This document shows, piece after piece, positions 29,010-38,156 of a stretch of 64,000 nt of DNA (the first letter of the stretch is position 1; every line of letters begins with the position of its first letter). The position numbers and the translations under genes are program-made. The notes beneath the pieces were generated by a model. The model worked only from the letters and a program-made list of their open reading frames with translations. It did not search any database and was not told where the DNA came from. Source of the stretch: Candidatus Saccharimonadales bacterium (lineage in GTDB: Bacteria > Patescibacteriota > Saccharimonadia > Saccharimonadales > DATKHC01); assembly GCA_035510465.1 (NCBI GenBank), contig DATKHC010000021.1, positions 2,876 through 66,875 on the forward strand. The letters are read 5' to 3'.

Positions 29010-31619
29010 CTAAGCTTTACTGACAAAGTTAACTAGCCTACCTTGGACATAAATAGTTTTAACTATTTTTTTATCTTTAAAGTGTCGTTTAACCTTTTCT
29101 GACTTCTTAACTGAGGATATTACCTCTTCTTCACTAGTTTTTGCGTCTACCTCAATTACGTCAACAAGTTTTGATCCATCCTGGACGGCTATTTTGATTG
29201 TGGCTGATATCAAAACGTCATTATCAAGTTCTGGCCAAGTACTTTTTAGAACGTGACCTGAAAAGCCAAATTGTTCCCAAAGTTCCTCGGCCAGATGAGG
29301 CATAAAAGGAGCGTTCAATTGGATAAGCTGTGCGGTGGCAGCCAACCACTCACCCGGTGCAGAAGATATGGCTAACTCCTCTTTTAGTTTATATAGCTTA
29401 TTGATCGTTTCCATTAGCGCAGCAACAGCTGTATTGAAACTCATCTTGAGGATATCGCGACTAATTCGCAGATTTGCTTCTGCAATAATTTTCTTCAGTT
29501 GTTTGTTTTTCAAAGTTTTTGGCTCTTTGGAGTCTGATTTGTCTTCTGCTTCAAATACCTCCTGAGCAAGAGCCCAGAACCTCTCTATGTAACGCCTACA
29601 ACCGGCTACGCCATTAACACTCCAGGTAACAGTTTGTTCGAAAGGACCCATAAAGCATATATAAAGACGAAGTGTATCTGCTCCGTAATCTCGAATTATA
29701 TCTAATGGGTCTACTACATTACCTAGGCTTTTGCTCATCTTTCGTCCATCGCTAGCTAATACAACGCCGTGACTTGTGCGCTTGTGATATGGTTCCGAGG
29801 TATTGACTAGCCCCAGGTCAAACAAAAACTTATGCCAAAAACGGCTGTAGAGGAGGTGAAGGGTAGTATGTTCCAGTCCTCCGTTATACCAATTGACCGG
29901 CATCCAGGTTTTAATCTTATCCATGCTCGCAAACGCTTTATCGTTGTGCGGATCGAGATATCTTAAAAAGTACCAGCTTGAGCCCGCCCAGTTGGGCATT
30001 GTATCTGTTTCTCTTGTCCCTTTAACCCATTTATCACTGGTCGATTTTGGTTTAGCGACAGAGACCGTTTCACCGGTTTCGACGTTATACCAAACTTCAC
30101 ACCAATCAGTAGCAAGAGCCAGTGGCCCCTTACCTAGCCCTTGGGGTTTAAAGTCGGGTACTTCAGGCAAAACTACCGGCAAATATTCGGCCAAAATGGG
30201 TAAAGCATACAAACTTTTGGACCCATCAGGCTTTGTCACAGCCTGCTTAGGCAATAATTTAGTGACCTCACCACTAGCCTTTTTATAATCAGATTCACTG
30301 ACCCAGACTATCGGTATTGGTTCGCCCCAATAGCGTTGTCTGCTAAATACCCAATCTCGAAGTTTAAAATTTACTTTTTCTCGGGCATCACCACTAGAAC
30401 TTAGCCATTTAGTTATTTTTTCTCTAGCTTCTTCGCTGCGCATCCCACTGAACTTCCCGGAATCGATTAATATACCCTCTGATGTATATGGGTATTCTTT
30501 GTTTTTTACCCTTTTAGCTTCTTTTGGATCTTCTGGTATAACTGTCACCCTAGCTGGTATTTTGAATTTATTAACGAATTCAAAGTCGCGTTCATCATGT
30601 ATGTCCCCAAAGACGGCTCCCGTACCGTATCCAGCAAGTACAAAGTCACTAATCCAGATCGGTATTTTCTCATCATTCGCGGGATTAACTGTGTAAGCGC
30701 CGCTGAATACACCTGTTTTTTGCTCATCTACTTCCTGTCTCTCTACATCACTTTTCTTAGATGTTTCGTCTAGGTACTTCTCTACAGCTTTTTTTTGCTC
30801 AGAAGTAGTGATTTCTGAGATTAAGTTATTTTCGGGAGCCAAAACGATGAATGCGGCACTAAAAATAGTATCTACTCTGGTTGTGAAAACAGTGATTGTT
30901 TTTTTACTACCTACTATTTTAAAGACTACTTCGGCTCCTTTACTTGGACCAATCCAGTTGCGCTGCTGAATTTTAACTGGTTCGATGTAATCTACATCGT
31001 CAAGGTCGTCATATAAGCGCTGGGCATATTTAGTAATAGCTAACATCCATTGTCGAAGTGGCCGCCGCTCACACGGATAATCTCCCCGCTCAGATCGTCC
31101 GTTAGTAACTTCTTCGTCCGCTAACACGCTCTTTAAGTCCTCGCACCACCAGACAAGTGACTCGGCTTGATAAGCTAATCCATGACTAAATAGATTGACA
31201 AAAATCCACTGAGTCCACCTATATATCTTAGGATCAGCGGTTGAGAATTCTCTTGACCAATCAAAACTTAACCCTAATCGTTTTTCTTGTTTACGGAAAG
31301 TGTTGATGTTTGCTTCTGTCGTTTTTGCTGGATGGACACCTGTTTTCAGGGCATATTGCTCAGCTGGGAGCCCAAAACTATCCCAGCCCATTGGAAAGAG
31401 AACATTTTCTCCATTCATACGCCTAAAACGGCTCATTACATCGAAAGGCACGAAAGGACGGGTGTGGCCAACATGAAGTCCTTCGCCGGACGGATAAGGG
31501 AATTCAACTAGATGATAAAACTTTGGTCTCGGATCGTTATCGTCGACAATATAGGCTTTTTTGTCGTTCCAATATTTCTGCCACTTTGTCTCAATTACCT
31601 CTGGATTATAGCGTTTCAT
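29010..31619 (-). CDS. leuS: Leucyl-tRNA synthetase
   Basis: 869 aa with the HVGH (HIGH-type) and KMSKS motifs and class Ia LeuS architecture. Confidence 0.97.
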   Translation of the reverse strand: MKRYNPEVIETKWQKYWNDKKAYIVDDNDPRPKFYHLVEFPYPSGEGLHVGHTRPFVPFDVMSRFRRMNGENVLFPMGWDSFGLPAEQYALKTGVHPAKTTEANINTFRKQEKRLGLSFDWSREFSTADPKIYRWTQWIFVNLFSHGLAYQAESLVWWCEDLKSVLADEEVTNGRSERGDYPCERRPLRQWMLAITKYAQRLYDDLDDVDYIEPVKIQQRNWIGPSKGAEVVFKIVGSKKTITVFTTRVDTIFSAAFIVLAPENNLISEITTSEQKKAVEKYLDETSKKSDVERQEVDEQKTGVFSGAYTVNPANDEKIPIWISDFVLAGYGTGAVFGDIHDERDFEFVNKFKIPARVTVIPEDPKEAKRVKNKEYPYTSEGILIDSGKFSGMRSEEAREKITKWLSSSGDAREKVNFKLRDWVFSRQRYWGEPIPIVWVSESDYKKASGEVTKLLPKQAVTKPDGSKSLYALPILAEYLPVVLPEVPDFKPQGLGKGPLALATDWCEVWYNVETGETVSVAKPKSTSDKWVKGTRETDTMPNWAGSSWYFLRYLDPHNDKAFASMDKIKTWMPVNWYNGGLEHTTLHLLYSRFWHKFLFDLGLVNTSEPYHKRTSHGVVLASDGRKMSKSLGNVVDPLDIIRDYGADTLRLYICFMGPFEQTVTWSVNGVAGCRRYIERFWALAQEVFEAEDKSDSKEPKTLKNKQLKKIIAEANLRISRDILKMSFNTAVAALMETINKLYKLKEELAISSAPGEWLAATAQLIQLNAPFMPHLAEELWEQFGFSGHVLKSTWPELDNDVLISATIKIAVQDGSKLVDVIEVDAKTSEEEVISSVKKSEKVKRHFKDKKIVKTIYVQGRLVNFVSKA

Positions 31620-31640
31620 AATGATTATTTTAACAAAGTG

Positions 31641-32807
31641 CTAAAACTGCTTTAAAAAGTTAGTTGAAAACGTGGTGTTCTTGTCGCTTTGTTCTTTGAA
31701 TCGTTGCTCAGCAAATTCCACTAACTTTTCTACCAGTTGGACATTTGATATACTCACACTTCGCCAGTTATGAGCGTACAGACTACCGGGAAGGGGATTA
31801 ACCTCGTTAAAATACGGCTTTTTGGCTTTACTATCAACAAGTAAGTCTACCCTCGCTATTCCGCTAGCTCCAATAGAGCTATAGACAGTTTTAGCTATCT
31901 CTAAGCATTCTTGTCTCAATGACTCCTCTAAACGAGCTGGGATATGACTATACCCCTGAGCACCCTGTTTTGCTCCGCTTGCTTGGGCTTTTTGGGTTTT
32001 ATTCCCACCTTTCATATATTTGGTTTCGAAATCAAAGAAACCGTCGCCCTGGTTTGGTTCTTCTGTATTACCAGTAATCAGCTCGTGATTACCCATAACA
32101 GGCACGGTCACTTCAACTAAGTTGGGTACGGCTTCCTCAATTATCACCTTATTGTCATAAAAAAGAGCCACTTCTATAGCATTATCAAGCTCAGACTTAC
32201 TTTCTACTTTGGTTATGGCAATACTAGATCCAAGATGGGTTGGTTTTACGAAAAGGGGGAATTCAAGCCTGCTTATCCGCTCAAAAATTTTCTTTTGATT
32301 GTCCTTAAAGTCATCGGCACTAAACCAAACATACTTATTTTGGTCGACTCCAGCTTCTGCAGCCACCGTTCGCGCTAATACTTTATCCATAGCGATAGCA
32401 CTTGAAGCTACGTTACAGCCAACGTAAGCAACATTTGCCATTTCGAAAACGCCCATCAGTGATCCATCTTCGCCATACGTTCCATGAGTGGCCGGAAAAG
32501 CTACATCTACTTTCACTGATTTGTTCCTCAGACCCGGATGAAGCAATGTGAGTCCTCCGTTAAATTGAACTGTCAGAGGAGTAAGTTTCTCTAAAAAAGT
32601 CTCAATTTTTGCCAAAGAGTATATTTCGACTTGGGCAAGCTTGGAATCTGAGAACCACCGACCTTTTTTATCAATGTAAACAGGTACTACTTCATATTTA
32701 CCACTGAGTTGAAGCGGTTTGATAATGGTGGAGATAGCCGTAATTATCGAGACATCATGTTCGGTTGAACGAGAACCGAAAAAAACAGCAACTGTGGGTT
32801 TTTTCAT
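31641..32807 (-). CDS. ddl: D-alanine--D-alanine ligase
   Basis: FGSRSTEHDVS...HGTYGEDGSLMG...ATP-grasp pattern, ending in NEVNPLPG. Confidence 0.93.
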   Translation of the reverse strand: MKKPTVAVFFGSRSTEHDVSIITAISTIIKPLQLSGKYEVVPVYIDKKGRWFSDSKLAQVEIYSLAKIETFLEKLTPLTVQFNGGLTLLHPGLRNKSVKVDVAFPATHGTYGEDGSLMGVFEMANVAYVGCNVASSAIAMDKVLARTVAAEAGVDQNKYVWFSADDFKDNQKKIFERISRLEFPLFVKPTHLGSSIAITKVESKSELDNAIEVALFYDNKVIIEEAVPNLVEVTVPVMGNHELITGNTEEPNQGDGFFDFETKYMKGGNKTQKAQASGAKQGAQGYSHIPARLEESLRQECLEIAKTVYSSIGASGIARVDLLVDSKAKKPYFNEVNPLPGSLYAHNWRSVSISNVQLVEKLVEFAEQRFKEQSDKNTTFSTNFLKQF

Positions 32808-32831
32808 CTGATTAAAAGTATACCAAGCTTT

Positions 32832-34271
32832 TTAATAATAGTTATCCGGCCAATCGTTCTGCATAAGCACAAGATCACCTGACGCCACAAACTGTTCTAA
32901 ATTGGTATAAAAACTCAGGGGGTCGTCCTCTATTCTTAGCTCGCCCTTGAAACCCACTTCTTTTAGTCCGGCAGAGATCAGACTGGTAACTGAATTTCTC
33001 ATCAGAACCACAACGTCGGGATTAGCCTTGGCTATTAATCGTCCCACCTCGTGGTGAACTGATTTCGTTTCAACCCCTTGATCGACTAGCCCTGGCGTAA
33101 CGTAAATCTTCCTTCTGGCTGATAGTTCCTCTAGAAGCTCCAAGCCAGCCCTGATGCCTTCGATATTCCCGTTATACGTATCATCAATAACAAACGCTCC
33201 AGCCAGCTCACGAGGTTCCATTCTGTGTTCAAAAGCCGAGGTCTTAGAAATTCCAGCCTCAACCTGATATTTGGTCAGTCCTAAACCGAGTGCAATGACC
33301 GCAACTGAGGAAAGGGGGCCTATCTGGTGTCTGCCCAGTAGATTACTTTTTAGATCAAGCTCCTGCTTGCCTTTTTTTAGCTTAAAACTAATCCCCTCAA
33401 AATCTACTTTTATATTCTGAGCTTTCCACTCGCCTACACCAGATTCCGAATAGACAAAGTCTCCCGCGGTAATAAATGGTTTGAGCGAGCTAGACTCTCC
33501 GTTGACGTAGCTATCTTTGTGTTTTAGATATTCAGTCAAATAGAAAATATCAGTGCCTGCAGCCTCTAGAGTTGGGTAATGATTAAGGTGGGCGGGGGCT
33601 AAACCGGTGATTACTCCCACATTTGGATAAGTTTTCTCACAAAAAGATTTTATATCGCCAGGTCGTTCTTCGCCGTACTCTATTATCAGTACTTGCTCAT
33701 CACCACTCAATTTTGCGGCGAATTCAGCGTGAGAGACAGAAACGTTCTTATTGGCAGGCGTGGCCGCAACCTTTTTAGCCTCAGCTAGAACAACGGCTAA
33801 AAGTTCCTTCATTGTTGTCTTACCGTAACTTCCAGCTACTGCGATTTTCACGGCTGGATGATTTTTGAATATGGCTTTGGATTTGGAGATTAATTGTCTC
33901 TGCATTGGTAAAACTACCAACCAGCGTGACAACGCCACGGGTATTACAAGTACGTAAGCCCAAATTAGGGGGTAGGCAATTAAGATACTAACCCCAATCT
34001 CTGTATAGCCTACAATGTGATCAAACGTTCCTAGATAGACAAAATAAAATCCAACGATAAGTTCAACTAATATGCCTATATTCAGTAGTAAAAGCAGGGA
34101 TCTGGCCCGCATTGTTTTGTCCAATTTGCCCCTCACGGCAATTTTTCGAAAATTACTCGTCCGCCAATACCATTTAAGATAAGGTACGGCCTGATATTCG
34201 CACCTTTGCATCATGTATACCAAAGCTTTGGGGTAGCTAGGCGAATAGAAACTGAGTATCCCTTTAAGCAT
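32832..34271 (-). CDS. murF: UDP-MurNAc-tripeptide--D-Ala-D-Ala ligase (MurF) with an N-terminal membrane domain
   Basis: Mur ligase P-loop AVAGSYGKTTMKE and C-terminal Mur domains. The first ~130 aa contain about 3 hydrophobic helices. Confidence 0.85.
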   Translation of the reverse strand: MLKGILSFYSPSYPKALVYMMQRCEYQAVPYLKWYWRTSNFRKIAVRGKLDKTMRARSLLLLLNIGILVELIVGFYFVYLGTFDHIVGYTEIGVSILIAYPLIWAYVLVIPVALSRWLVVLPMQRQLISKSKAIFKNHPAVKIAVAGSYGKTTMKELLAVVLAEAKKVAATPANKNVSVSHAEFAAKLSGDEQVLIIEYGEERPGDIKSFCEKTYPNVGVITGLAPAHLNHYPTLEAAGTDIFYLTEYLKHKDSYVNGESSSLKPFITAGDFVYSESGVGEWKAQNIKVDFEGISFKLKKGKQELDLKSNLLGRHQIGPLSSVAVIALGLGLTKYQVEAGISKTSAFEHRMEPRELAGAFVIDDTYNGNIEGIRAGLELLEELSARRKIYVTPGLVDQGVETKSVHHEVGRLIAKANPDVVVLMRNSVTSLISAGLKEVGFKGELRIEDDPLSFYTNLEQFVASGDLVLMQNDWPDNYY

Positions 34272-35016
34272 TTAAAAAGCCTTTGATTATTTTTTCGACT
34301 TGAATTGGTTGATCATGGTGAACAAAATGCCCAGCGCTATCTAGAATTTTAAGCTCACTCTGGTCAATTAACTGGTGGAATTTCTCGCCATCCCCGCTCG
34401 GTGTATCATGGTCATCCTGTCCATAAATAAGAAGTGTCTTAACTTTCAAATTTCTGGCATCAGCTTGGACATCGGTTTTAATAATATTGGCGTATGTTGC
34501 TTGCATCTCTGGGACCACTAACATATCTGACCCAATTGCATTGTAAAAGCGGTTTCTGATAGATTTTTTTGCCCGCTTGGGCAAAACAGCCGTTAGCACT
34601 TTACCTGACTTTGCTGAGACTTTTAGGACTTTTTTCTTTAGTTTATGGTCATCTCGTATTCCTGCTGAGGCTAGTAGGACTAATTTTTGAGCAGAAAGTT
34701 TTCCTTGAGCTAGTCCACGAATTAATATAGATCCACCATTTGAATGGCCAATATAACTAAAGACTTTCAGGTTCAGTTTGCTCGAGAAGTCTGAGAGCGT
34801 TTTTACATAATCATCTAGTGTGAATGTGGACTTGGACATAGTAGACTGACCAAAACCGGGTAGATCAAGAGAGATTACCTCATAATCTCGACTCAGAGAC
34901 CTTTGAAGATCATAAAAGCTAGCTAAGCTGTTACCCCAACCGTGTACCAAGACTACGGTCTGACCCCGGCCAACTTTTTCATAGTGAATCGCCTGACCAT
35001 CTACCAGAACTTGCAT
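34264..35016 (-). CDS. Alpha/beta hydrolase
   Basis: HGWG oxyanion motif, nucleophile elbow GHSNGG and a C-terminal GHFVHHD. Confidence 0.8.
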   Translation of the reverse strand: MQVLVDGQAIHYEKVGRGQTVVLVHGWGNSLASFYDLQRSLSRDYEVISLDLPGFGQSTMSKSTFTLDDYVKTLSDFSSKLNLKVFSYIGHSNGGSILIRGLAQGKLSAQKLVLLASAGIRDDHKLKKKVLKVSAKSGKVLTAVLPKRAKKSIRNRFYNAIGSDMLVVPEMQATYANIIKTDVQADARNLKVKTLLIYGQDDHDTPSGDGEKFHQLIDQSELKILDSAGHFVHHDQPIQVEKIIKGFLNA

Positions 35017-35042
35017 GACATAAAGTATAGATGTATTTATGC

Positions 35043-35921
35043 TTATTGAATAGTTTGTAGCTGACTCTCTAGCTGTGTTATTGGGATTGATTTGGTCGGA
35101 AGGGAGATAGGTATCTGTGTGCCATATCCAGAAAAGGTTTCTCGTCTTGAGGTGCCAACTTGGGTATCAGAGACTAGCTGTCTTGAGATTACGTCAACAG
35201 TGACGTGGAATTCAGACACGTTTGCCGAGAAAGAGCCGGCGTTAATACTACTGAGTTGGTTTAGTCCGATATCTTCGCCAAATTGTTTGATCATCTCAAT
35301 AAATTGTCTTGTGTTAACGTTTACGTTATACGTAATCTGAGGTCTGCCAGAAGTGGAGATCTTTTTAGGTTTTCCGACGATTTGATAAACATCGTTTGCG
35401 GTAATAAAATGCATCAGACTTTGCCTTTGAGCGATACTTAAGTTGGCCATTGGGACCACCGTTAATATAGATTCATTGAAGAGTTGACCATCCGTAACCT
35501 GATCTCCAGCAGGGGAGCTTTTACCCCAGACTCCAATAACAGAACTAAAGTTCGCGGTTTGTCCTTTAGAATTTTTTTGAGGTGTTTTTACTTCGGTATA
35601 ACGAGCGTAATCTGTGGTTGGAGTACCTATACTCTCTGTTTTAACGATGCTGTTGGGGCCCAGATCCACGCTTATGACCGATTCCGCATCATTAGATGAA
35701 CCTGTTTCAACCGTTACATATTGCTTTGTTTGGCTAGAAGAAGGCTGAACTATCTCTTTTGAGAAGCTACTTGTTGACAGGCTTCTCTCAAGCATCCCAT
35801 AAAATACTTTAGTGGGGTTATCGTAAATCTTGACCCAGAACAAACAAACACCGACGATCATGAGAATAACTATCAGCACAAGAGCGTATCGAATTGATAA
35901 TTTCTGTTTAACGGAACTCAT
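35043..35921 (-). CDS. Membrane-anchored hypothetical protein
   Basis: 292 aa, single N-terminal TM (YALVLIVILMIVGVCLFWV), extracytoplasmic remainder. Confidence 0.55.
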   Translation of the reverse strand: MSSVKQKLSIRYALVLIVILMIVGVCLFWVKIYDNPTKVFYGMLERSLSTSSFSKEIVQPSSSQTKQYVTVETGSSNDAESVISVDLGPNSIVKTESIGTPTTDYARYTEVKTPQKNSKGQTANFSSVIGVWGKSSPAGDQVTDGQLFNESILTVVPMANLSIAQRQSLMHFITANDVYQIVGKPKKISTSGRPQITYNVNVNTRQFIEMIKQFGEDIGLNQLSSINAGSFSANVSEFHVTVDVISRQLVSDTQVGTSRRETFSGYGTQIPISLPTKSIPITQLESQLQTIQ

Positions 35922-35991
35922 TTAACCGGCCCTTTAGCATTGGACTTAATTGTAGCAGGTTGGCAAGTATAAATTATAATTAGGTTATCTT

Positions 35992-36067
35992 GGGGATGTA
36001 GCTCAGTTGGTAGAGCGCAGCATTCGCATTGCTGAGGCCCGGGGTTCGATTCCCCGCATCTCCACCA
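35992..36067 (+). tRNA. tRNA-Ala (anticodon CGC)
   Basis: Manual cloverleaf: GGGGATG acceptor with G3:U70, anticodon loop TTCGCAT, T-loop TTCGATT, encoded CCA. Confidence 0.9.
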
Positions 36068-36086
36068 GATAATGTTTTATTATTAC

Positions 36087-36560
36087 TTATTTTTCAAGCA
36101 GTCTAGCAAGCTTATCGATGCTTTGAGTCCATCCCATCTTCATGCCAGCAAGTGGCCCTTCAGCTTCTGGAGTTACTTTTGTTACGACTATGTGAAGCGT
36201 CATTTTTGTCCCAGCGTCATCTTCTTCAAATGTCACAGTGTTTAGACAATCTAATATTGGTTTACCCTCCATGATCGCACTTGATGAGTAGACAAGTTTT
36301 TCCGGTGAGGTAACTTCCTGGAAGACTCCTTTCATTGGCCACTTACTCCCCTGTAAATCACCGAGTTCTTCCCCGGCCAGCATGACCACGTCAATTGCTC
36401 CACCTGGCTGGGCATCCCATTCACAGGTTGGGTTTGTAACACCTTCGGGGCCCCACCACTTTGCAACTAAACTTGGATCGGTCCAAGCTTTAAAAACTTT
36501 TTCTCTCGGCGCGTTAAATACTCTTGTAATAGTTAATTCTCTGTTGTCGTCGTCTGACAT
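36087..36560 (-). CDS. SRPBCC/AHSA1-family protein
   Basis: LTITRVFNAPREKVFKAWTDPSLVAKWWGP is the AHSA1-like N-terminal signature. Confidence 0.8.
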   Translation of the reverse strand: MSDDDNRELTITRVFNAPREKVFKAWTDPSLVAKWWGPEGVTNPTCEWDAQPGGAIDVVMLAGEELGDLQGSKWPMKGVFQEVTSPEKLVYSSSAIMEGKPILDCLNTVTFEEDDAGTKMTLHIVVTKVTPEAEGPLAGMKMGWTQSIDKLARLLEK

Positions 36561-36573
36561 ACTATTCTCCTTA

Positions 36574-37031
36574 TTAATTAGTTAATGCAGTCTCAAGCGC
36601 TTTTAGTAGCTCCTTCGAACCTTGTTCACGGTTCTCGGGTTTATCATAACCATCTAAAAACACCCCGTATTCATGCAAATCTAATTCAGTGCCATCACCA
36701 CTAACAGCAAACTCTATAGTCGTTACTGAAACCGAAATACGAATATCGTCTAAGTACATTTCGTAGCAGTAGACAATCCTCTGCTCTGGGACAATGTCAT
36801 AATATTGAGCTTTAAAAACATGGACTACACCATCATGAAACTTTCCGCTGTTGAATTCTGTTCCACCAACCCTAAAATCCATAGAATGCTTGGTGCTGCC
36901 ATCATCACTAAGGCCCTTAAACGACTTTTCTTTAGACCCCTTGTCTGCAAACATTTGATAAACCTTGCTTAAGGAGCCTTAAATTCTCTACTAACACTAA
37001 ACTCTGCGTGGATGACACTACTTTGTTTCAT
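36574..37031 (-). pseudogene. SRPBCC/AHSA1-family gene with an apparent 1-nt deletion (frameshift) near codon 20
   Basis: The ATG at 37031 gives MKQSSVIHAEFSVSREFKAP then TAA (36969-36971). The -1 frame continues LSKVYQMFADKG into track ORF 36574..36954. Joined, REFKAPLSKVYQMF fits the family N-terminus. Confidence 0.6.
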
Positions 37032-37361
37032 CTAATTCCCCTCCTCTTTTAATAATTCTTCTAACGCATCAAACCTAACGTTCCAAAGTTTTTCATACTG
37101 ATCCAAGTAATCCCGGACGCTCTTAAGAGCTGCTGGTTCGGCTGTAACAAATTGCTTTCGTCCGCTTCGTCGTTTGCTTATGAGTTTAGCTTTTTCAAGA
37201 ATTTGTAAATGTTTCGAGACAGCAGCAAAACTCATTTTATAGTGCTCGGCAATTTCTCCAACTGTTTGCCCACGGCCAGATAACCTTTGCAAAATATCCC
37301 GTCTTGTAGAGTTAGCAAGTGAATTTAAGACCAAATCTAGCTGTATAGCATATTCAACCAT
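37032..37361 (-). CDS. ArsR-family winged-helix transcriptional regulator
   Basis: 109 aa with LANSTRRDILQRL...TVGEIAEHYKMSFAAVSKHLQILEKAKLI (HTH). Its stop abuts the next ATG (TAGATG). Confidence 0.85.
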   Translation of the reverse strand: MVEYAIQLDLVLNSLANSTRRDILQRLSGRGQTVGEIAEHYKMSFAAVSKHLQILEKAKLISKRRSGRKQFVTAEPAALKSVRDYLDQYEKLWNVRFDALEELLKEEGN

Positions 37362-37369
37362 TTCGTTGA

Positions 37370-37398
37370 ATGTTACTATCTAATCTTTTTCGTGTCAA
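37370..37398 (-). promoter_or_regulatory. Sigma70-like promoter of the arsR-SRPBCC operon
   Basis: On the minus strand: TTGACA, 17 nt, TAACAT, 8 nt, ATG. Confidence 0.5.
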
Positions 37399-37414
37399 GC
37401 AATTTTTTTATTAA

Positions 37415-38056
37415 TTGGTTATGGTTGCTATCTACTTAGTTTGGTATCATTATTTGTCTATGACGGAAATGGGGACCCCAGTAGGTGATCTAAGTAAATC
37501 ACCTGCATCGGTGGTAGTTGAAATCCAACAAGCAATCCTGACATCTCTGGATCTTGAGGTAGATAATTTCGAAGGCATTAAGGAACATTTAGTAGAAGTT
37601 AAAATTAAGCCAAACTCAATTATATTTTTGCCTTCTGCGTTAGGTGGATTTGTCAGCCAATACCGAGAAGAGTACGGCCCCAAGGGTAATGTCATGCACT
37701 GGAGTGATATACCCGCAGATTGTGATAGTTTCCGTGCTTTTATATTATGTGCATCAACAATTTTAGGCGACCCCGGTCCCCCTATTCTTCATTTGAGTTT
37801 GTTTATAAATGATGTCGACGCCGGCTCAATCGGCATAAGACTGACTGACGTAGAAGAAATATCTATTTATCCGGATAACGCCGCAGAGATGTTGAATATG
37901 TATCAAGAGGCTGAAATGGATGGAGATACACTCGCTTATAACGAGATACATGGGCTTAACGGAGCTCCCGTGTGGAAGAGGGAAGAGATTCAGCCTTATT
38001 TAACAGATCTGTGGCCAGATCCTGATATGATTTTTCAAAAATCAGATTTCGTATAA
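37415..38056 (+). CDS. Hypothetical acidic protein
   Basis: 213-aa ORF. A more likely start is the ATG at 37460 (MTEMGTPV...). No domain recognised. Confidence 0.45.
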   Translation: MVMVAIYLVWYHYLSMTEMGTPVGDLSKSPASVVVEIQQAILTSLDLEVDNFEGIKEHLVEVKIKPNSIIFLPSALGGFVSQYREEYGPKGNVMHWSDIPADCDSFRAFILCASTILGDPGPPILHLSLFINDVDAGSIGIRLTDVEEISIYPDNAAEMLNMYQEAEMDGDTLAYNEIHGLNGAPVWKREEIQPYLTDLWPDPDMIFQKSDFV

Positions 38057-38072
38057 TCAGTCACTTATCAGA

Positions 38073-38149
38073 TGGTGGAGCTAGAGGGACTCAAACCCTC
38101 GACCTCATCTATGCCATAGATGCGCTCTAATCAACTGAGCTATAGCCCC
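38073..38149 (-). tRNA. tRNA-Ala (anticodon GGC) with non-canonical D/T loops
   Basis: Manual cloverleaf: GGGGCTA acceptor with G3:U70, anticodon loop ATGGCAT. D-loop AGTTGATTA (no GG) and T-loop TTTGAGT (U instead of C56). Confidence 0.85.
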
Positions 38150-38156
38150 AAATAAA

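Noticed and set aside
13956-31511. Numerous 60-150-aa track ORFs nested antisense or out of frame inside cyoB, cyoA, the FAD oxidases, NDH-2, leuS, murF and others (for example 14606..14845, 21455..21907, 29893..30288).
   Set aside because: Each lies fully inside a long ORF with strong family motifs. They have no start signals and their composition is typical of shadow ORFs.
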